Shown here in pieces: positions 57,988 through 64,000 of a DNA stretch of 64,000 nucleotides (position 1 is the first letter of the stretch; every line of letters starts with the position of its first letter). The position numbers and the translations under genes are program-made. Origin of the DNA: Phycisphaerae bacterium (GTDB lineage: Bacteria > Planctomycetota > Phycisphaerae > UBA1845); contig CAXXGO010000001.1 in the NCBI GenBank assembly GCA_963666835.2, positions 1,536,001-1,600,000 on the forward strand, in the 5' to 3' direction. The notes below the pieces were generated by a model, which had not been told where the DNA came from, made no database searches, and saw only the letters and a program-made list of their open reading frames with translations.

Positions 57988-60900
57988 ATGATCAACAGCC
58001 GCCTACTCGTTGTCGTGGGGATTGTGTTTCTCTTGGTACTCGGCGCTGGAATCGGCTCCGCCCGCCGGATCCAGCAGTCCGGCCTCGAGGAGGATCTCCG
58101 GCTCCGGGCCGCGGGTTTTGAACGACATTTCAATAAGCTCGTTTCCACCGAGGCGGAGGTGATGTCCGGCAGGGTCGGACCGCTTCCGGATGACGGGAGC
58201 CTCCCGGGCGTTTGGATAGCCCGCGAGCCGGCTGCCGTGCTGAGACACGTCGCTCCGAAGCTGGCCGCGATCCGGCGGGATTGGGATGTCGAGTTCGTGC
58301 TCGCAATCGAGAAGCAGCACACAAGCCCGGGCGACTGGGACAAGCACACTGGGGTTCCCGAACGGAATGGGTATCCAGCCCAGTTCAGCGAGTTCGTGGT
58401 CATTGAACACTCGCTCCCGCAAGTGCCCCCGGGCCTGGAACGCCGGTTGGCCGTGACGCAACAAGAGACGGGGCGGGCTGTGTTTGATATCGATGCCGGT
58501 GCGCGGTCGTACGTCGGGCAGGGACTGCCCGTTGTTGACGCGGAGGGTGATCGGATCGGCAGTGTTCTGGTCCTCAGCGACGTTACTTCCCAACGATCCG
58601 CGATGTGGGTCTGGAGTGTCGGGTTCGGTCTCACGGCCGGGTTGGTGATGTGCGCGGGACTTCTGCTGTCTGGCGTATTGGGGCAGCGCGGGCAACTCCG
58701 GCCTGCTGCCGCGCAGGACGCCGCGGGCTCGATCGAACAGGAAAGGGAGCCCGGCGGTATCGCTGGAGGATTCGGTAGCGGTCCCGCTGAGGGCGATTCG
58801 ACAACGGATGCGTTACGCAGATCGGAACAAGTGATCGCGGCCGCATTCCGGGCGAGTCCGATGGCAATCGGAGTAAGTGCGCTTGAGGACGGGCGTTTCA
58901 TCGAGGTGAACGATAGCTTCATTCGCGCTGCCGGTTACGACCGTGGCTCGATTATCGGGCACACGCTCGTGGAACTCGGTATCTGGGCGGATGAAGGCGA
59001 GCGCAAGCAGTTTGTGCGCGAGCTTGCACATGAGGGGCTTGTGCGCGATCGGGAGTTCAAATTTCAGTCCGGTACGGGCGAGCGTCTTACGATGCAGGTA
59101 TCGGCAGAGCTGATTGAACTTGACGGTCGGCAGTACATTCTGACTACCGCGATAGATGTTTCGGCGCGTAGCCGAGCGGAGGACGAACTTCGACGCAACC
59201 GAGAGTTACTGCAGAACGTCCTGGCTAATACCCCCGATTGCGTCTCGTGGAAGGACAGAGACTCGGTCTATCTCGGGTGTAATGAGAATTTCGCCAAAGT
59301 CGCCGGAATAGGCTCCCCGGCGGATATCGTCGGGAAGAGGGACCACGACTTACCGTGGACGACGGGAGAGGCGAGCTTCTTCATTGAGTGCGATCGCGCC
59401 GTCATGGACCATGGCCATCCCATGGTCAACATCGAGGAGACGCAGGTTCGATCTGACGGCACGGAAGCGGTCATTCTCACGAACAAAATCCCGCTCAGTG
59501 ACGCCACCGGTCAGGTCGTCGGCATTCTCGGAATCTACGCGGATATCACGGAACGCAAGCGGTCCGAGGAGGCTATCCGCGAGAGTGGCCGGCGGTTGTC
59601 GATGGCACTCAACGCAAGTAATGCGGCGGTCTGGGAGATGGACTGCGAGACGGGCGAATTCCTGACGGATGACTCGTCGACCAGGCTTCTGGGGTATCCG
59701 ATTGGAGAGCTGGGCCGGACTCTCGGGGAGTGGAGCAAGCTGCAGCACCCCGATGACGTGGACGACGTGGCGAGGGCCTACAACGCCTTCCTTAGTGGGA
59801 ATACGGAGAGCTACACGTGCGAGTACCGCATACGGGCGGCGGACGGCCAATGGAAATGGCTCCACACGCAAGGCAAGGCCGTCGAGTGGGATAATGAGTG
59901 CCGGCCGGTGCGGATGGTCGGGACAACCATGGATGTCACGTCGCGGCGGACGGCCGAGGAGACCGTACGAAGGCACAATGAGATTCTGGAGAAGACGGTT
60001 GCCGAGCGGACGGTGGAGTATGAGGCCGCTAAGGAGGCCGCCGAGGCCGCCAATCGCACCAAGAGCGAGTTCCTGGCAAACATGAGCCACGAGATTCGCA
60101 CCCCGATGACTGCGATTCTGGGCTACGCCGACATCCTCCTGCGTCATGGCCGCCGAGCGGGCGAGGCGTGCGAGGGACTCGACGCCGTTCGCACGATCAA
60201 GCGTAACGGAGAACACCTGCTCGGTCTGATCAATGATATCCTGGATCTGTCGAAAATCGAAGCGGGTAAGATGATTGTGGAGAGCATCCCGTACTCGCCC
60301 TGCAGGCTTATCGCGGAAGTTGCCTCGGCTGTGGCATTCCGCGCGGAAGAGAAGGGGCTCTCTTTCGACAACGAGTATATCGGAGAGGTGCCCGAGACGA
60401 TCCAAACCGACCCGATGCGCTTGCGACAGATCCTCATCAATCTCATTGCCAACGCCGTCAAGTTCACCGAAGTCGGCGGCGTGCGGCTTGTGACCCGCTA
60501 TATCGGCGATGCCGACGGCCCTCAAATGCAATTCGACGTTATTGACACCGGTATTGGCATGACCGAGGAGGAGTCACGGAGGTTATTCCGCCCCTTCACG
60601 CAGGCAGATGCGTCCACGACCCGACGGTTCGGCGGTACGGGCTTGGGGTTGACGATCAGCAAACGTTTCGCCAACGCGCTGGGAGGAGACGTTGAGGTCG
60701 TCGAGACCAACGAAGGGGTTGGGACGCGCTTCCGTGCAGTGGTAAGCGCAGGGTCGATGGGTCGGGTGAAGATGGTTTACGATCCCCTCGCGGCGACGGT
60801 TGTCGCTGCTTACGAAGCCAAAGAGGCGAGCGATACCAGTGACATCAATCTGCACGGGTGTAGTATCCTGCTGGCCGAAGACGCCCCGGTCAACCGGGAT

Positions 60901-61656
60901 TTGATCAGCTATCTCCTCGGCGAAGCCGGGGCGGACGTTCACGCCGTCGAGAACGGGGAGGCTGCCGTAGACGCTGCGTTGAGCGCGGCCGACATGGGCA
61001 ATCCGTATGACATGATCCTCATGGACATGCAGATGCCCGTTATGGATGGATACGAGGCCACGCGACTGTTACGCGACAAAGCGTACACCGGGCCGATCAT
61101 CGCCCTTACGGCTCACGCTATGGCCGGGGACCGTGAGAAGTGCATCCGGGCCGGCTGTGACGACTTTGCCACCAAGCCGATAGACCGGATCCGACTGTTG
61201 TCGACGATTCGGGCGTACGTTCCCGAGACGGGCGAGGGTCTCGCGCCGGAAGTGTTGGAGCCGGCGGTCGATTTGGACGGTTTCACCCCGGCCGAGTCTG
61301 CTTCGGAGTCGTTTGACTATGAAGCCTTACTCGGTCGGTGCGTGGGCAATGTCGAGTTTGCGGGCAAGATGATCTCCAAATACCTCGAGTCGCTCGCCGG
61401 TGAGTTGGAGCAGATTGAACAGGCGGTTCGGGGCGGGGTCCTTGATGAGGCGGCCCGCAGAGCTCACAAACTCAAAGGTGCGTCCGGCAACGTCGGAGTC
61501 GTCGGTCTGCAAAGAATCGCCAGAGACCTCGAACAGGCAGCCAGGGAGGAAGACGCGGAGCGGTGCAGTATGCTGCTGCCGCGTCTGCACAAGGAATCTC
61601 AAGCGGTGCAGCAGGTAATCGCTCAATTCTTGGAGCTTGAAACGGAGGTGTCTTAG
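57988..61656 (+). CDS. Hybrid sensor histidine kinase (2 TM, 3 PAS, HisKA, HATPase, REC, HPt)
   Basis: FLANMSHEIRTPM, NAVKFT, DTGIGM, GGTGLGL, ILMDMQMPVMDG, AHKLKGAS. Confidence 0.95.
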   Translation: MINSRLLVVVGIVFLLVLGAGIGSARRIQQSGLEEDLRLRAAGFERHFNKLVSTEAEVMSGRVGPLPDDGSLPGVWIAREPAAVLRHVAPKLAAIRRDWDVEFVLAIEKQHTSPGDWDKHTGVPERNGYPAQFSEFVVIEHSLPQVPPGLERRLAVTQQETGRAVFDIDAGARSYVGQGLPVVDAEGDRIGSVLVLSDVTSQRSAMWVWSVGFGLTAGLVMCAGLLLSGVLGQRGQLRPAAAQDAAGSIEQEREPGGIAGGFGSGPAEGDSTTDALRRSEQVIAAAFRASPMAIGVSALEDGRFIEVNDSFIRAAGYDRGSIIGHTLVELGIWADEGERKQFVRELAHEGLVRDREFKFQSGTGERLTMQVSAELIELDGRQYILTTAIDVSARSRAEDELRRNRELLQNVLANTPDCVSWKDRDSVYLGCNENFAKVAGIGSPADIVGKRDHDLPWTTGEASFFIECDRAVMDHGHPMVNIEETQVRSDGTEAVILTNKIPLSDATGQVVGILGIYADITERKRSEEAIRESGRRLSMALNASNAAVWEMDCETGEFLTDDSSTRLLGYPIGELGRTLGEWSKLQHPDDVDDVARAYNAFLSGNTESYTCEYRIRAADGQWKWLHTQGKAVEWDNECRPVRMVGTTMDVTSRRTAEETVRRHNEILEKTVAERTVEYEAAKEAAEAANRTKSEFLANMSHEIRTPMTAILGYADILLRHGRRAGEACEGLDAVRTIKRNGEHLLGLINDILDLSKIEAGKMIVESIPYSPCRLIAEVASAVAFRAEEKGLSFDNEYIGEVPETIQTDPMRLRQILINLIANAVKFTEVGGVRLVTRYIGDADGPQMQFDVIDTGIGMTEEESRRLFRPFTQADASTTRRFGGTGLGLTISKRFANALGGDVEVVETNEGVGTRFRAVVSAGSMGRVKMVYDPLAATVVAAYEAKEASDTSDINLHGCSILLAEDAPVNRDLISYLLGEAGADVHAVENGEAAVDAALSAADMGNPYDMILMDMQMPVMDGYEATRLLRDKAYTGPIIALTAHAMAGDREKCIRAGCDDFATKPIDRIRLLSTIRAYVPETGEGLAPEVLEPAVDLDGFTPAESASESFDYEALLGRCVGNVEFAGKMISKYLESLAGELEQIEQAVRGGVLDEAARRAHKLKGASGNVGVVGLQRIARDLEQAAREEDAERCSMLLPRLHKESQAVQQVIAQFLELETEVS

Positions 61657-61658
61657 CC

Positions 61659-62708
61659 ATGGCCAGAGAGATACGCGCATGCCCGGTGCTTGTGGTGGAT
61701 GACGACGAGATCACGCGGAGCATGCTTAAACACGTCCTCGAGGCCGCGGATTACGAGGTTTACACGGCGTCCGGTGGGAACGAGGCCTGGGAAGTTCTTA
61801 ACCGAACCGGCTGCCGACTGGTGATCTCTGACTGGATGATGCCCGACGGCGACGGCCTGCAGTTGTGCGAGCGCATTCGGCAGAACGACCTGTTCGGTTA
61901 TGTGTACGTGATCCTCCTGACCAACCGCGATAAGCCGGAGGACATTGTCCAGGGGCTCACCGCGGGGGCCGACGATTTTCTCACCAAGCCTTTCAACCCT
62001 GATGAAATACGAGTTCGCGTTCGGGCCGGTGAGCGGATTATCACGTTGGAAGCGCGCGACGTCGCTATCTTCGCGATGGCCAGGTTGGCCGAGTCCCGCG
62101 ATCCGGAGACCGGGGCGCACCTCGAGCGGATGCGGTGTTTCTGCCGCATCCTGGCCGAAGATCTTCGAGAACGGGGCATCTTCCCGGAGGTCGATGAATC
62201 GTACGTACGCATGATCTACTTGACGGCTCCGCTGCACGACATTGGCAAGGTAGGGATTCCGGATGTCGTGTTACTCAAACCGGGGAGGCTGGTCGACTCG
62301 GAATTCGAGATCATGAAGACGCACACGCTCATCGGGGCGGAAACGCTGGAGGCTGCGCTGCGTCAGTACCCCAAGGCCGACTATCTACAGATGGCCTACG
62401 ATATTGCTCTGTCCCACCATGAACGCTACGATGGCTCCGGTTACCCGCGAGGTTTAAGTGGGAACGACATTCCGCTGTCAGGTCGGATTACCGCTCTGGC
62501 GGATGTGTACGATGCGATTAGCTCGGCGCGGGTGTACAAGTCGGCCTTCAGCCACGATGTTACCCGCGAGATAATCATCAAGGGCGAAGGTACGCATTTC
62601 GATCCGGAGGTAGTGGAGTCGTTTCGCAGGACCGAAGATGTCTTTGATGAGACGCGGCGACGCTTGGAGACTGCTGATCCGAGCAGTCTTGCGTTGCAGT
62701 CAGCCTAG
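61659..62708 (+). CDS. Response regulator with HD-GYP phosphodiesterase domain
   Basis: VVDDD, SDWMMP, KPF; RDPETGAH, LHDIGK, HHERYDGSGYP, ADVYDA. Confidence 0.95.
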   Translation: MAREIRACPVLVVDDDEITRSMLKHVLEAADYEVYTASGGNEAWEVLNRTGCRLVISDWMMPDGDGLQLCERIRQNDLFGYVYVILLTNRDKPEDIVQGLTAGADDFLTKPFNPDEIRVRVRAGERIITLEARDVAIFAMARLAESRDPETGAHLERMRCFCRILAEDLRERGIFPEVDESYVRMIYLTAPLHDIGKVGIPDVVLLKPGRLVDSEFEIMKTHTLIGAETLEAALRQYPKADYLQMAYDIALSHHERYDGSGYPRGLSGNDIPLSGRITALADVYDAISSARVYKSAFSHDVTREIIIKGEGTHFDPEVVESFRRTEDVFDETRRRLETADPSSLALQSA

Positions 62709-62887
62709 GTCGGCGCGGAGCACCGGAGGCGGCCGTTCGGAGGCGAGTTGACTCGGCGGTTGCCGCGCGGAGCTGGCTTCTCTCGCCGGCGGATCGAGGA
62801 TCTGATTCGGTTCGGGCAGGTGGCTTGTCGATGGTCATGCGGATGTCAGAATCGCAATATCACTCCGCAATCTCTCGGATCTGCCGG

Positions 62888-64000
62888 ATGACGAAGCGCT
62901 CCGTGTTCCTGGGAGTGCTGGCCGTCGGCCTGTCGGCGATTGGCTGCGGCGTTGATTGGAGCTACGTGCTTCCTGCGGCTGCCGGCCAGATCCGCTTGCT
63001 TAGTGAGAGCATTCCAATCTCGCAGGCGATTGCCGGCGGCGATCTGACGGAGGAACAAGTCGCCAAGTTGGAGCTGATCCGAGACGTTCGAGTATATGCG
63101 CGGGATGTGCTCGGTTTGGAAGTGGCGAACAACTACACGAGATTCTACGACTCCCACGGTGAGCCGGTGGCGTTCAACATCTCGGCCAGTCGAAAGGACC
63201 GCTTCGAACCGACCACGTGGACGTTCCCCATCGTAGGGACCATGCCTTATCTCGGGTACTTCGACGCCGCGGCGGCGAACGCGGAATATGAGGAGCTCTC
63301 CGCCCAGGGGCTGGACGTCTTCATGTATGAGATAGACGCCTACAGCGGATTGGAGTACTTTGCGAATCCGGTTCTGTCTCCAATGCTGGAGCGAAACGAA
63401 ATCGGCCTGGCTGAGACGGTTATCCATGAGCTTCTGCACGCTACAGTGTGGCGGCCCAGCGACACGACCTTCAACGAGAGCCTGGCCACGTTTTACGGGC
63501 GGACCGGAGCGGTGGAGTATTTCGCCAGCGAGTTCTCCGACCGGCCGGATCTGGTCCAGGATGCCGAGGAGAGGTTCGAGGATGCCGATCGGTATAGTGA
63601 CTTCGCATTGTCACTATATCAGGAGTTGGACGCGTTTTATTCGTCCGACCTTGCCAGCGCGGACAAGATTGCCGGTCGCGAGGCAGTCTATCAAGACGGG
63701 CGGGATCGGTTCGCCGCTGAGGTGCAACCGTTGATGAACCAGCCGGAACGGTATGAGTGGGTCGCGGTTCTGCCCACGAACAACGCCTGGATGCTCGGAG
63801 TACGGCGATACAACCTCGATCTCGACGTGTTTGATCGGGTACTCGAAGCTGCGGGGCGAGATTGGGCGGAAGCGCTGCAGCGGTTTCGGTCAGCGGCTGC
63901 GGCGGCGGATCCGTATTCCTACCTGGAACAATGGTTAGAATCCGGGTCAGAGCCGAAGACCTCTACGGCGGCTCCGCAAGGCGATGTCGAGCACGCCCGG
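62888..64000 (+). CDS. Putative zinc aminopeptidase lipoprotein, 3' truncated (absent from the ORF track)
   Basis: Hand translation: MTKRSVFLGVLAVGLSAIGC lipobox, WTFPIVGTMPYLGYF, IHELLHATVW (HExxH), FNESLATF; open to the window edge. Confidence 0.85.
   Translation, partial: MTKRSVFLGVLAVGLSAIGCGVDWSYVLPAAAGQIRLLSESIPISQAIAGGDLTEEQVAKLELIRDVRVYARDVLGLEVANNYTRFYDSHGEPVAFNISASRKDRFEPTTWTFPIVGTMPYLGYFDAAAANAEYEELSAQGLDVFMYEIDAYSGLEYFANPVLSPMLERNEIGLAETVIHELLHATVWRPSDTTFNESLATFYGRTGAVEYFASEFSDRPDLVQDAEERFEDADRYSDFALSLYQELDAFYSSDLASADKIAGREAVYQDGRDRFAAEVQPLMNQPERYEWVAVLPTNNAWMLGVRRYNLDLDVFDRVLEAAGRDWAEALQRFRSAAAAADPYSYLEQWLESGSEPKTSTAAPQGDVEHAR

Overview
GC-rich bacterial chromosomal window, most likely from an anaerobic Planctomycetota (Phycisphaerae-like); this is inferred from a DUF1559/H-X9-DG pilin-like gene, IPTL-CTERM proteins, dockerin-like tails and an FHA-GAF kinase. 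The left half holds pckA with an aminotransferase, a dockerin-tailed surface protein facing a cohesin-like gene, an SPFH (HflK/HflC/HflK) plus ABC transporter cluster, signalling, peptidase and glycosyltransferase genes, an FAD/Fe-S oxidoreductase and REP-like repeats. At ~35188-36096 there is an ORF-less group II intron whose EBS1 loop matches the palindrome it sits behind. The right half is a Mo/W-formate locus: a selenocysteine formate dehydrogenase operon (fdnG with in-frame UGA and SECIS, fdnH, fdhE, lipoprotein tetraheme cytochrome c3), fdhD, a MobB-like P-loop protein, a TOBE-less ModE and an NTPase. Next to it is an 8-gene leftward operon: pilin-like protein, three paralogous surface proteins, a Cys-less sulfite-oxidase-fold lipoprotein and ECF S/AA'/T. 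Two matching ModE-type boxes were found, one over the -10 of that operon and one upstream of the fdh promoter. This suggests an undescribed ModE-repressed system for acquiring Mo/W or molybdopterin cofactor, which is the top candidate in the window. The window ends with a hybrid kinase, an HD-GYP regulator and a truncated aminopeptidase gene. All family calls come from motif recognition by eye; no searches were run.
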